From a virus: a stretch of DNA of 64,000 bases. The notes under the pieces are model-generated. The model had not been told where the DNA came from. It saw only the letters and a list, made by a program, of their open reading frames with translations, and ran no database searches. The position numbers and the translations under genes were made by a program. The stretch spans positions 64,001 through 128,000 of IMG/VR virus record IMGVR_UViG_3300047548_000772. One strand, written 5' to 3'. Numbering within the stretch: the first letter of the stretch is position 1; each line of letters starts with the position of its first letter. Positions 10,088 to 20,217 of this stretch are shown in pieces.

Positions 10088-11288
10088 AGTTAATAGCTCG
10101 GGCTAGATCGGGCATTACTTCGGCTAAGTTTTGGTTGCGTTTAAAGTCTAAATCATTGGCATGCATACGCAATAATTGACCGTCTAAACTATTGCCATTG
10201 TTCATAAAATCAATAATGCGGTCGATTTCGCGTTGATATTCATCGGGGAACACACACATACGCAAATAATCGGCAATAATTTCCTTAGCATGCACAGGCA
10301 ACGTAGCAATGCTAAAATAATATGCATCGTGTAACATATTCCAATAGACAAAATCAAAACCTGTGTGCTTGATCCACCAGGCAACATCTTGCAAATACAT
10401 GACGTTAAACACATTAACAGTACAACACACTTGCAATGATATATTTGAATTTCGGCTGCGCATTTCTTTGAACTTTTGCACGTTAGCAGTTACTTCAAGC
10501 CAATTAGCATTGGTGCGTTGATATTCGAATCGTGCCCCGATATCATCAATGCTAAATGCAATTTCTACATGCTTAAACGCACGCCAAATGTCTTCGGCAA
10601 ATTCAGGAAACTGTGTGCCGTTGGTATTATAATGAATTTCAATTTGTTCTGCATAACCACGCTGTACTAGTCGTGCTAGTAGTTCAAAGTGTTCTTGAAT
10701 CATAAATGGCTCGCCGCCGGTGAATTCAATATAACGAATTTCGCTCATTGATTCATCTAATTGATCCCAAAACTGCTGGCTGTTGCGTGGCCAAGCACCG
10801 TCTTGCAGCATTTGATAATGAAATGAGTTTTTCTTTTCTTCTTTGTTTATAATAAAGTTTAATTCTTCTGTGGCAAATTGACTGCTAGACCACGATCCGC
10901 ATATACGACACTTTAAATTACAAATATTACCTAGCTTTAAATCCAAGAACATCAAAGGTTTGGCGTCAGCAGTCCATGGTTCGTCGTCGATCATGTGCTT
11001 TAAACGATCTAGTGTGTGCATACGCTTTGATGTCCGGCCCGAACGCTCTTCATTCCAGCAGCGACGGCATGTCTGCGGTTGCTTACCAGCTAAAAAGTCT
11101 TCACGTAGTTGACGCATGTGTGCAGAGTTTTGTATTTGGTCAAAACCTGCAGTATGCAATTTAAACTTTTCGCCTGTTTCATCGACTACTTCGTCGATAG
11201 CCAAGCAACATGGGCGCACAGTACCTATAGGACTGGCTTCTAAGCTAACCCAAGGTAGTACGCAGAATTTTTCGTGTGGTATTTTCAT
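10074..11288 (-). CDS. Radical SAM enzyme with N-terminal twitch/SPASM-like domain
   Basis: CVLPW...RPCC, CRRCWNEE, GNICNLKCRICG, FTGGEPF, YNTNGT. Confidence 0.9.
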   Translation of the reverse strand: MKIPHEKFCVLPWVSLEASPIGTVRPCCLAIDEVVDETGEKFKLHTAGFDQIQNSAHMRQLREDFLAGKQPQTCRRCWNEERSGRTSKRMHTLDRLKHMIDDEPWTADAKPLMFLDLKLGNICNLKCRICGSWSSSQFATEELNFIINKEEKKNSFHYQMLQDGAWPRNSQQFWDQLDESMSEIRYIEFTGGEPFMIQEHFELLARLVQRGYAEQIEIHYNTNGTQFPEFAEDIWRAFKHVEIAFSIDDIGARFEYQRTNANWLEVTANVQKFKEMRSRNSNISLQVCCTVNVFNVMYLQDVAWWIKHTGFDFVYWNMLHDAYYFSIATLPVHAKEIIADYLRMCVFPDEYQREIDRIIDFMNNGNSLDGQLLRMHANDLDFKRNQNLAEVMPDLARAINYVKT

Positions 11289-12547
11289 TTTAATCGAATT
11301 AACTCCGGGAGTGCGTGTAATACATTTTCGTTACGCAATGCATCTAGCGTTTGTGTACGTGACCAAAACTCAGGCAACAAATGACTGTTGTCTGTGCTAT
11401 CCATAAACTTAATTGCTGATTCAAAGCCTACTGTAGCACGTTGTAGCGGATCCTGTGGGCGCAACCATTCTAAGTGTTTTAAATATTTTTCTCGCAGTTG
11501 ATCTTTGAATTCTGGTGTGGCAATGTCAATGCGATAATATGCAGGATCTTGTAATATGTTTACGTTTAAATCCTTGGGTTCAATTAATCCCAAAGATGCC
11601 CACATACGATGAAAGTCTGGCAAGTGCCAAGCATTCATTATGCTTAGTGTAGGACTAATATAAAAGTCAACATTAGGGCACACATCTATCATTTCTATGC
11701 GATTTGCTTCAACCTTGGCCCATTCCGACCCCTTGCGAATATATTCAGCACGTGGGCCGTCGGCATCTAAACTTGCGCCCACTGCTACAGAATTAAATAG
11801 TTTCCAATATTCAAATACACTACGATCTTTTAATTGCGTGTGCGTGAAATTGGTATTATAAATTAGGCGTACATCAAAGCGTTCGCGGCGCACCAATTCT
11901 TCTAGAATATTGTAGTGTTCTTCCATTAATAATGGCTCACCGCCAGCAAAGTATATTTGCTCTACGTAGTCTAAGTGTGGTTCTAGTTGTTCCCACATGT
12001 CTGTTTCCCAACGTCCTGCGTAGTTCAATGGCTTATTCTTTGATTTCCAATCGCCACCAGCTAGTGCTGCTTGATCCTGGTACCAAGAACTAGAGAAGAT
12101 ATGTCCACAACTACGGCAGCTTAGATTACACAGGTTAGAGAAACGTATGTCCCAGTAGGTTAATTCAAATGGGTTTGCTTCGAGTTTTTTGATATGGTGT
12201 CCGTGATGTTTATTAGCACTACGGCGACCCGAAAAGAATCCAGCGGCTTCTTGTTCATAGCAACGTGCGCAAGCAGGGTTAGGAGTTTCTGTGAGCATGG
12301 CTTGGCGCAGTTGTGCCAATGGCTGATCGGTCCATATTTGTTCAAGTGTTTTTTCGCGGCAGTTTCCTACTTGTCCTACGCCCATTTCGGCATGGCAACA
12401 AGGATACGCTTCGCCGGTGGGATATGCATGAATGTGTATCCAAGGATAAATGCAAAACGTCTTAGAATCTTTTAATAAGAATTCTTCACGTTCTGTAAGT
12501 TCTATGGGCTTGACTAAGTCTGCGGAATTATACTTGTATTGACTCAT
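11285..12547 (-). CDS. Radical SAM enzyme with N-terminal twitch/SPASM-like domain
   Basis: CIYPW...YPCC, CARCYEQE, SNLCNLSCRSCG, FAGGEPL, YNTN. Confidence 0.9.
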   Translation of the reverse strand: MSQYKYNSADLVKPIELTEREEFLLKDSKTFCIYPWIHIHAYPTGEAYPCCHAEMGVGQVGNCREKTLEQIWTDQPLAQLRQAMLTETPNPACARCYEQEAAGFFSGRRSANKHHGHHIKKLEANPFELTYWDIRFSNLCNLSCRSCGHIFSSSWYQDQAALAGGDWKSKNKPLNYAGRWETDMWEQLEPHLDYVEQIYFAGGEPLLMEEHYNILEELVRRERFDVRLIYNTNFTHTQLKDRSVFEYWKLFNSVAVGASLDADGPRAEYIRKGSEWAKVEANRIEMIDVCPNVDFYISPTLSIMNAWHLPDFHRMWASLGLIEPKDLNVNILQDPAYYRIDIATPEFKDQLREKYLKHLEWLRPQDPLQRATVGFESAIKFMDSTDNSHLLPEFWSRTQTLDALRNENVLHALPELIRLK

Positions 12548-13883
12548 AGAAATCTTTTAATCCTGGGAATGTTGCTGTAAAATCTTTATTACGGCGTTGA
12601 TCATATTGTTGATAAAAATGCTTAAAATCATTGTGTAATTTAGGCATTTCAAATGTGTCTGCATGTGGTGTTTTTACTACGTCTAAGTAATCAATTAGTC
12701 GTTGTACTTGATTTAATTCCATTTCATGTAGCAAAGGATTGTTGCAATTAGCATCGTACCAACGCTGTAGGTTTTGTCCACGTTCTGCACGAATTTCGTC
12801 AGGCAGGACCAATGGGCTTTGGAAACTTGGAAAACGTAGTATGTTTAGTGTAAATGTAGGGAAGTCGCGTCCATATTCGGCTTTGAAGTCTAAACACCAA
12901 TTTAAAAAGTCTGTCAATGATTCTAAGCATAGTGCATTAATAGTGCACATAACATGCAAGCCGCGTAGTTTGTTTGACTTGGCTAGTTTGTGCATATTAG
13001 ATTCCCAAGAATCCCAGTGCAATCCGTCGCGAATATATTCAGCGTGATTGAACATGCTTTCATTGCTAGTATATAAATCTACTGTTAGTCCTGTAATGCT
13101 GTCTAAAAAGCGATCAACCTCGACATCTGTGCCCAAGTTACTGTTAATTGCTAGTCGTGTATTAGTGCGTCCTTGATTATCTCTGAACCAATCTAGTAAT
13201 TTCCAAGTGTGCCCAGACATCAGCGGCTCGCCACCGGTAATTCTGAGTTCTTGGAGTGTTCTGTGTAGGTCTGATTCCCACCAGGCAAAGAACGCTTCGA
13301 CATAGGGATTGGTTTCACCATAAGCATATAGCTGCGAGGAATCGTGAGGATGTGTAAAATGGTTACGCCCGTCGCTAATAAGATTAGCATAAGGCCCGTT
13401 ACGATTAATATCTTTGACCCAAGTACTAGAGAAAGCAGGATTACAATAGCTGCAAGCGAATTGACAAGTGCGATCAAACGCAATCTCAAGGGTTTGTAAG
13501 TTAACATCCTGTTCTGCAGGTGTATTAAATGCTGTATCAAGATCTTTGTCCGAATAAATTACTGTTTTGTAAACGCGATCCGAAATGTTGTCGCGGCCAA
13601 TATCTTCAATTTTCCAACAATAACTGCAACCCGCAGGACGTTCTCCACGTTGCATCATTGCCCGTTCTGATTTCTTTTGATCAGTATTGTGCAGTTCCTT
13701 AGGGTTAGCTCTAACTTTATCAATGTTCACTAAGTGAGGAAGCGGATGGTGGCAACTTGTAGTCATGCCAGATCCCAACCAAATAGTAGCATTGTACCAT
13801 TTGGCTGCACAAAATGATTCCGACTTTATGTCGATAACACGGCGTTTGTATTCTAAGTCTGATTCGTTGTTGAGTCTAGGCAT
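12528..13883 (-). CDS. Radical SAM enzyme with N-terminal twitch-like domain (CHH variant)
   Basis: CAAKW...TSCHHP, CSYCWKIE, DRTCQFACSYCNP, ITGGEPL. Confidence 0.9.
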   Translation of the reverse strand: MPRLNNESDLEYKRRVIDIKSESFCAAKWYNATIWLGSGMTTSCHHPLPHLVNIDKVRANPKELHNTDQKKSERAMMQRGERPAGCSYCWKIEDIGRDNISDRVYKTVIYSDKDLDTAFNTPAEQDVNLQTLEIAFDRTCQFACSYCNPAFSSTWVKDINRNGPYANLISDGRNHFTHPHDSSQLYAYGETNPYVEAFFAWWESDLHRTLQELRITGGEPLMSGHTWKLLDWFRDNQGRTNTRLAINSNLGTDVEVDRFLDSITGLTVDLYTSNESMFNHAEYIRDGLHWDSWESNMHKLAKSNKLRGLHVMCTINALCLESLTDFLNWCLDFKAEYGRDFPTFTLNILRFPSFQSPLVLPDEIRAERGQNLQRWYDANCNNPLLHEMELNQVQRLIDYLDVVKTPHADTFEMPKLHNDFKHFYQQYDQRRNKDFTATFPGLKDFYESIQV

Positions 13884-14883
13884 AAATGAATTTTAAGAAA
13901 TCGTTGTTAAACTGTGTTTGTCTATTACTATGTAGTTCAAATAAGTGCTGCTGGTTATATAAACGTGTTTCGGTTACTTCTTGCCAGAATTTAACTAAGT
14001 TTTGTTGGCACAACCACGTGACTTCGGCAATAATTCGATTTAATCTAGTTTGGTTGTCTTCAATTAAATCAAAAGATTCGTCAATTACGCTATTATACGA
14101 CATAAACCCCAGGTTGCGCAAGTCCCGATAAAATCCATAATTGGCTGCTACAATAAAAGGATGCGCTGCTAGTATAGGTTTATAAATCTTTTCTGTGCGA
14201 AAGCTATATGGGTATTCAACTACGGTTTCAGATACCAAGCTAAACCAAGTGTCTTGATATTGTTTAGGATAAACCATTCCGTCTATCCAAGCGGGTTCTA
14301 CGTCAGGATCGTAACCCTGCGGCAACAAATGTGGCTCAAAGCCTTGACGTGTGTATTCGCAATTAAACGCAGGATGCCCCCAGGTTGTTTGGCTTTCTCG
14401 TGCTGACCATAATGCACGATCTAATAGGCCTTGATGTTTTAATTCGGTAATTAAATATCTACGATGCGGGCGTATTTTTCTATTAGTAAAAAGAAATGTA
14501 AATGGTCTATTATTTGTATAGTCAATATCAGGGCATTGATTACCATTGGAATTCACAGTCATTGTTAAAAAATGCTCTGAATTAAGATTAACTACACTAG
14601 CATCGCCGCCGGTGATAAATCTCAGCAGCCCAGCATCAATCCATTGCTGATACTCTAAACGCTGTACTGTGTGCCATATGGTAGCGCAACTTTCGTCAAC
14701 CTTTTCTACACAAACAACACTGCCCGACTGTAAGCTACGCTCAACTATAGCCCAATATGAGTTTAGTGTGTTGACACTAATAACATAATGCCCTGGGTGT
14801 GCTGCAATAGTATCAACGCGACTGTCGGGATATGTTAGTGCTAGCCCAGGCTCAACTGTTATTGGCATAGTACTTGCACTCAT
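13876..14883 (-). CDS. Putative GT-B glycosyltransferase (GT10-like 'TEK' motif family)
   Basis: SLVSETVV...RTEKIYKPILAAHPFIV...GF...IDESFD. Start may be the ATG at 14868. Confidence 0.55.
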   Translation of the reverse strand: MSASTMPITVEPGLALTYPDSRVDTIAAHPGHYVISVNTLNSYWAIVERSLQSGSVVCVEKVDESCATIWHTVQRLEYQQWIDAGLLRFITGGDASVVNLNSEHFLTMTVNSNGNQCPDIDYTNNRPFTFLFTNRKIRPHRRYLITELKHQGLLDRALWSARESQTTWGHPAFNCEYTRQGFEPHLLPQGYDPDVEPAWIDGMVYPKQYQDTWFSLVSETVVEYPYSFRTEKIYKPILAAHPFIVAANYGFYRDLRNLGFMSYNSVIDESFDLIEDNQTRLNRIIAEVTWLCQQNLVKFWQEVTETRLYNQQHLFELHSNRQTQFNNDFLKFIYA

Positions 14884-16285
14884 CCCACCAGGCTTTCATT
14901 TCTGGGAATGTTGCTAAAAAGTCTGTGCCGCGGCGGCGATCATGTTCAGCGAAGAAACGATAAAAATCTGCTTTGTTGCGCTGTACATACGCAGGATCTA
15001 ACTTGGCACCATCGCGCATCCAAGCAATGTCACGATCTAGCCTAGCAATTTCATAGTCCTTAAACCCTTTAAAGCGAGTTTGTTCGGTTTCTGCATTTTT
15101 AAGCATATACACCCAAACTTCTTCTAAATGATCTGCATAGGATTCTGGCAGTAATTGCATACTTTGCCAAGCGGGTGTGCGTAGTACAGGCGTGTCAAAC
15201 CACACACGTTGATAATGATTAGAATAAATCTGACGCAAGCCTAGTATAGCTGTCATTAGATATTCAAGTGTGCTTACGCTTAAATTATTCATTGTAATAA
15301 TAAACGTAATCGAACTGCGTCCGGGAATTTCTGTTAAAAATTGATTAACACGATCCCATAATAGCGCAAAGTCTAATCCATTACGAATATATTCCGCACG
15401 TTCAAACATAGCATCTAAACTAACATATTGCATAAAGTGTTCAACGTGTGGGTCATTGTCGTCGCACAAGCGTTTAACATAGGACTTGTACTTTTGCCAC
15501 AGGCTTTCTTCTACTGAAAAATTACTGGTTACATTTAAATGTAACTTGGGATTGTGATTGGCCAGCACATAATCAAACACACGATATGTATTTTTATCCA
15601 TTAATGGCTCACCACCAGTCATGCGGAAATGTTCTAACTGTGGATAAAGCTCGGGCCACCACTGCCAAAATGCTTCTACATAAGGATTATGTTCTCTATT
15701 AGGTATTGGGCGGCGCTGCCCAGTAAAATAACCGGGATCATTATGAGGAGTGGAAGTAGGAAACGCTCCTTCACGCTGAGCCTCATCCATCCACGAACTC
15801 GAGAACTGAGGGCTACAGTAACTACAACGTAGGTTGCAAGCATAGTTAAAATTAACTTCAACATAACTGGGGATAGCATCTTCGTCTCCTGTGCTGTGTG
15901 CTATTTGATCAAAACTAGGTGCAGCCCAAGGTTCGCCCGAACGATAATGACGGTCCGATAATTTGCCATTATCTTCCATAGCCCAACAGTAACTACATTC
16001 TGCAGGCCGGGTTCCTTGTAACATTAACTTACGTTGCGACTTTTTATATTCAGTATTGTGTAATGCGCTGGGTTTACGCTGTATTTCTTCTACGGGTATA
16101 ACATGCAGTGGAGGATGATAGCACGAGTTATTCATGCCCGTGGTTAAATGTAAACTAACTTGCTTCCATTTGGCCAAGCACAAACTCGGACTAACTGCGT
16201 CTAGTTTTTCCTTGATTATTTCTGCATCACTTAAAAACTTTGATTTAAAGTCCTGTGTAACTTCATCGCCCTTGTTATTATTCAT
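14852..16285 (-). CDS. Radical SAM enzyme with N-terminal twitch-like domain (CYH variant)
   Basis: CLAKW...NSCYHP, CSYCWAME, NYACNLRCSYCSP, MTGGEPL. Start taken at MNNNKG (16285). Confidence 0.9.
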   Translation of the reverse strand: MNNNKGDEVTQDFKSKFLSDAEIIKEKLDAVSPSLCLAKWKQVSLHLTTGMNNSCYHPPLHVIPVEEIQRKPSALHNTEYKKSQRKLMLQGTRPAECSYCWAMEDNGKLSDRHYRSGEPWAAPSFDQIAHSTGDEDAIPSYVEVNFNYACNLRCSYCSPQFSSSWMDEAQREGAFPTSTPHNDPGYFTGQRRPIPNREHNPYVEAFWQWWPELYPQLEHFRMTGGEPLMDKNTYRVFDYVLANHNPKLHLNVTSNFSVEESLWQKYKSYVKRLCDDNDPHVEHFMQYVSLDAMFERAEYIRNGLDFALLWDRVNQFLTEIPGRSSITFIITMNNLSVSTLEYLMTAILGLRQIYSNHYQRVWFDTPVLRTPAWQSMQLLPESYADHLEEVWVYMLKNAETEQTRFKGFKDYEIARLDRDIAWMRDGAKLDPAYVQRNKADFYRFFAEHDRRRGTDFLATFPEMKAWWDECKYYANNS

Positions 16286-16736
16286 GTGAGTTTGTTCCGA
16301 GACGGTTAAGGTCAAATTGACTTTGATTCTTTAACATATAGCGCATTGGATTGTTTTCTGTTAAACACATTTCAATCGTACCGTTAAATCCCCAATAATT
16401 TTCGTGTGTGATTTCACTGTGATTATCACGGCGGCAACTAAAGACCTGATCTATTAGATCAATGTGTAAAGGAAAATTGTTTATTTTGATTCCTGTAATT
16501 TCAATCGCTTTGTCTTTGGTAATTGTGCCAGTGGCGTCAATTTCCATGTCGTTTTTATTTTTATTACTGACTGTAATTTTTAGTGTAGTCGGCCAATTTA
16601 CATCAAATGTAACAGTTGATGGTCCTTCGGGAAAATTATTGTTGCTGTAAATTTCTTGGTCGTCGCTACAGATTAACAAATGCATTGATCCGTTGCAATT
16701 TGTAGAATTAACATCAAAAGTAATTGTGGTTTTCAT
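16278..16736 (-). CDS. Hypothetical protein, 152 aa
   Basis: In-operon ORF, ATGA-coupled to the upstream B12 radical SAM gene; no motif recognised. Confidence 0.65.
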   Translation of the reverse strand: MKTTITFDVNSTNCNGSMHLLICSDDQEIYSNNNFPEGPSTVTFDVNWPTTLKITVSNKNKNDMEIDATGTITKDKAIEITGIKINNFPLHIDLIDQVFSCRRDNHSEITHENYWGFNGTIEMCLTENNPMRYMLKNQSQFDLNRLGTNSHE

Positions 16737-18145
16737 GATGACAATTCTTTATGTGCTATACCTAGTGTGTCGTTGTTGCCCGACGTCGTCGGAATATTTA
16801 GATCCTTTAAAAGGTCCTTGAGTTCTTGTGCATATTTTATACGATCTTGAGTTGTTACGCAAGTAGTTGGTGTTATCCAAATAGTGGGTATTGATCCCAC
16901 TGAAATACCATATTCCTTTTGCTTTTTATCAAGTTGCGTATTTGGTAATATTGCTGCCAAAGAAAAAACTACTTGCGATACAGTATTGCGGGCGTATTGT
17001 TTTCGGTCCTTGAACCATTGTTTAGTGAATTCAAAGTCTTCTTTAGTCTCGGTTGGGTATCCAACAATTAACAATAACAGCAGTGGCACCGAATACTTTT
17101 GCGCCATTGCTAAATGATAATCAATTGCAGCATTGGTAAAGTTTTTACCTAGTGCTACGCGAACTTTTTCAATTACGCTTTCTATGCCAAGTTGTAAAAA
17201 CCCATTGGACTTTTTAAGTTTTTTCCAAAATTCTTCTGGGTGCTGCTGTTGGTTTCTAACAATAAAATATCCATCCCACGATATTTGCTGGTCAGGGTGT
17301 TGATCGTTGTACTCACAGATAAAATCCAATAATAGTCGAAACTCTTTCATGTTACCATTGGTCAAACTATTGTAAAAAAAGAATTTACGGATATTGTAGC
17401 GTTTAATTTGTTCGACCATTTCTGCAATAATGTTATCTGCAGTACGATATTGATATTTTTTCCAATGCTCAATTACATCGCAGAATTCACATGTGCGCAC
17501 ACACCCGCGGCTATCACATATTGGAATTCCTTGTTCTTTGTAATTGTCAAAATTGTAATCGTCAAAATCCGGATAAGGCAGTTGGTTAAGATCGCGTATA
17601 GGTTGCCACGCTGCTGAGTTAATTCCAATGTAGTTTAAGTTGTCTTTAAGGTACTCAATAATACTGTATTCACCGTCGCCGTTGATGTAATCGCTGATAT
17701 ACCCGTGACTCTTTAACATTTCGGCATAACTCATTGATGAATCTGCAATAAAGTTTTTAATACCGCTGCCGCCGATTACTATCTTAAGTGTAGGATTAGT
17801 ATATGATAAGTGATAGCATAGCCACAATCCAAAATATTGTGTGTCTTGAGTTAGAAAACTTAACCCTAGCACATGTGGGTTTACTTGTGTAATTCTATCT
17901 ACACAATAGTCTAACAAATCACCTATTTCTTGTTCAATGCCCGGGGAAAACTCTTGCTCCTTAAGGAACTTTTCAAGATCTTCGCGACGCGGACTTTGCT
18001 CGATTTTATTCATTACTTCGATGTTCAGATCAATGGCTTGAGCGTCGAAGCCGCTGGCTTTTGCGCAGGCTTTTAATAGCGCAGGAGCCAAAATAGGTCT
18101 TTGCGTTATAGTTCCTGGAACAGAAGCAAATAAAATATCAATCAT
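16733..18145 (-). CDS. B12-binding radical SAM enzyme (class B methylase-like)
   Basis: N-terminal cobalamin-binding-type region (LGLSF, IVIGGSG, NGDGE), YPDFDDY, SRGCVRTCEFC, LGIES, LLIVGYPTET. Confidence 0.85.
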   Translation of the reverse strand: MIDILFASVPGTITQRPILAPALLKACAKASGFDAQAIDLNIEVMNKIEQSPRREDLEKFLKEQEFSPGIEQEIGDLLDYCVDRITQVNPHVLGLSFLTQDTQYFGLWLCYHLSYTNPTLKIVIGGSGIKNFIADSSMSYAEMLKSHGYISDYINGDGEYSIIEYLKDNLNYIGINSAAWQPIRDLNQLPYPDFDDYNFDNYKEQGIPICDSRGCVRTCEFCDVIEHWKKYQYRTADNIIAEMVEQIKRYNIRKFFFYNSLTNGNMKEFRLLLDFICEYNDQHPDQQISWDGYFIVRNQQQHPEEFWKKLKKSNGFLQLGIESVIEKVRVALGKNFTNAAIDYHLAMAQKYSVPLLLLLIVGYPTETKEDFEFTKQWFKDRKQYARNTVSQVVFSLAAILPNTQLDKKQKEYGISVGSIPTIWITPTTCVTTQDRIKYAQELKDLLKDLNIPTTSGNNDTLGIAHKELSS

Positions 18146-18154
18146 TTATTAAAC

Positions 18155-19081
18155 TTACCAACCTTCGATACTTCTAATAACGTCTATTTCGCGTGTCATA
18201 ACACCACGATTGTGCCAGTTGCTCCGATAATGATGCTTAAAGAAAGCACTTTGTTCTGCTAGTAGCATAGACATAGGCAAGTCAAGTTGAATATGTAACT
18301 CGTCGGCTACTGTGTTTGCTACTAATTCTGGTTGCGAGTCTTTGACAGTTAACCATAGTTCTTGTAACTTATCAAAGTTTTGTACCTCGGTATAATCCCA
18401 GTTTGTAAGCATAGTCATGTATGTGCCTTGGCGTGCGCCAGCAATTGCCCACATACCAAAATCCACATCTGCGCCTACGTTGTGCCAAATTGTTAAATGA
18501 TCTAGATTGCGCTTATGTACTAAGTCTTTGAACTCTGTTTGATTAGGTTTACGACCTCGATCTAAGCACATCTTGACGCCTTCGCGGAATCCTGCACGCC
18601 AAGCCTGGAACGCTGATCCATTAGGATATGTAGTTGAATAACAATCATGCATGGGCCAGTATAACGGATCGAAACAAAACTCCACTACAGTTTCGCTGCG
18701 TCCATCGGTATTTTCATGTGTGCGCATGTTATTGACAAACTCACGTGTCCAAGAACTTATACCACCGTTGCCGTACATTAGACCATTGATGTGATTACGA
18801 GCACGCCAACGTAGTGTTGCCTTTTCCCAGGATTCATCTGGAAACTCTAAGGTCAAGTTAAAGAAACTTTCGTCGGGTATGTTATCACCATCAATTAAGA
18901 TAAAACGTTCTGTGTCGGACGCTGCGGCTGCTGCTTTGTGTGCTGCATCGGATCCTTTGACACCATCTACACGTTTGGCCCAAGGTACCATATTACGAAT
19001 ACGCACCCAAAATTCTTCCTTTTGTGGTTCATCGTAGCTTAGGTAAATGCAATCTAAATCTGCTATATCAACTTGCTTCAT
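18155..19081 (-). CDS. Putative GT-A glycosyltransferase
   Basis: CIYLSYDEP, RVDGVKGSDAAHKAAA, FILIDGDN (DxD motif), AWRAGFREG. Confidence 0.65.
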   Translation of the reverse strand: MKQVDIADLDCIYLSYDEPQKEEFWVRIRNMVPWAKRVDGVKGSDAAHKAAAAASDTERFILIDGDNIPDESFFNLTLEFPDESWEKATLRWRARNHINGLMYGNGGISSWTREFVNNMRTHENTDGRSETVVEFCFDPLYWPMHDCYSTTYPNGSAFQAWRAGFREGVKMCLDRGRKPNQTEFKDLVHKRNLDHLTIWHNVGADVDFGMWAIAGARQGTYMTMLTNWDYTEVQNFDKLQELWLTVKDSQPELVANTVADELHIQLDLPMSMLLAEQSAFFKHHYRSNWHNRGVMTREIDVIRSIEGW

Positions 19082-19415
19082 AAGTTATCTCTGCTTTCCA
19101 GTAAGTTTTGTTAGGATAGTCTTTGCTGACAATAATAGTAATATCATCGGCGTAGCATGCATAGTCACCCGACTCAGCGGGCTTTAATTTCCAACTTTGC
19201 GGTACGCTTGTGTATATAATGCGACCATCGCGCACCACAGCGTCATATCGCATTTCAGCAAATGTTTGCCGATCAACAACAATAAAGTTGCCAGGAAGGT
19301 CGTCCATTGTGTAACATATAATTGTACCATCGTCATTGTAGTACAATCTATATTCTAGTCGTTGTTCCGGTTGCGACCAATCAAACTCTGCTAGTGCTTG
19401 TAAGAAGGGATCCAT
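19068..19415 (-). CDS. Hypothetical protein, ~115 aa
   Basis: In-operon ORF; start MDPFLQ at 19415 preferred. Confidence 0.65.
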   Translation of the reverse strand: MDPFLQALAEFDWSQPEQRLEYRLYYNDDGTIICYTMDDLPGNFIVVDRQTFAEMRYDAVVRDGRIIYTSVPQSWKLKPAESGDYACYADDITIIVSKDYPNKTYWKAEITYEAS

Positions 19416-20217
19416 AATGTTTTTCCAATATATGTGCAAGAGCTTTTTCTTGATAATGCCATGCACCTTGTTGTTCTACTGTGTTAATGCGCACACGACC
19501 CTGATCCAATTCCCATACGTATTCTGATGTCCAAGGACGTATGTCTGACTTTAAATAATTGACCTGTGGTTTCATATGTATGATACTAGGCCAAGCATCG
19601 GGTAGTGTTACACGTTCTACGCCCATGTATTTGGCAACCATGGCATAAATCATGTCCGTGTTAGCAGGCACGTTGTCACAGAACTTTAGTGTTTTACGAA
19701 CTTCGGTCCATTGCTCAAAGAAGGTCTGCACTAGGTTGAAGAACTCCGCTGCTGTGCGACTAAGTCGCCAATATGTAATTGCATTGTACACATCGGGCAG
19801 ATCATTATCATCAAACATGCGTCGATATGCTCGACACTCACTAACATCATTTAAGTAGTTACGCATACCCCGGCTAATAACTACGTCGCGGTGCTCAAAC
19901 CATGACCACCAATGAGCAATGGATTCTGTAATTACCATGTCGGCTTCTAGTTTAATAGTTTCGCGGAACGGGCTGGCAGCAAACACTTGCCAGTCGTTGT
20001 GCCATCCGCCGACATCGCCGTATGGTAATGGCTTAACTAAATCAAATACTGGGTCAGTTTCTGTGTCGTTGGTTACTAGACAAATTTTGCAATCAGGCAT
20101 CCAATAACGTAGGCTTTTAGCCAGTGCTCTGGCACAAGCAAGATAGTCATCTTGGCCGTTGTTGCTGGCTAGGATTAAGTATCCACGTTCAAATTCTACT
20201 GCCACAGATTTTTCCAA
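19381..20217 (-). CDS. Putative GT-A glycosyltransferase (GT8-like)
   Basis: RGYLILA...YLACARALAKSLR...KICLVT, SPFRETIKLEADM (ExD in the DxD position). Paralogous to the next gene. Confidence 0.65.
   Translation of the reverse strand: MEKSVAVEFERGYLILASNNGQDDYLACARALAKSLRYWMPDCKICLVTNDTETDPVFDLVKPLPYGDVGGWHNDWQVFAASPFRETIKLEADMVITESIAHWWSWFEHRDVVISRGMRNYLNDVSECRAYRRMFDDNDLPDVYNAITYWRLSRTAAEFFNLVQTFFEQWTEVRKTLKFCDNVPANTDMIYAMVAKYMGVERVTLPDAWPSIIHMKPQVNYLKSDIRPWTSEYVWELDQGRVRINTVEQQGAWHYQEKALAHILEKHYGSLLTSTSRV

Noticed and set aside
8795-16285. RiPP maturation cluster (SPASM radical SAM plus precursor peptide)
   Set aside because: No RRE/PqqD domain, peptidase or exporter, and the neighbours are sugar enzymes. 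Only the 33-aa peptide keeps this weakly open.
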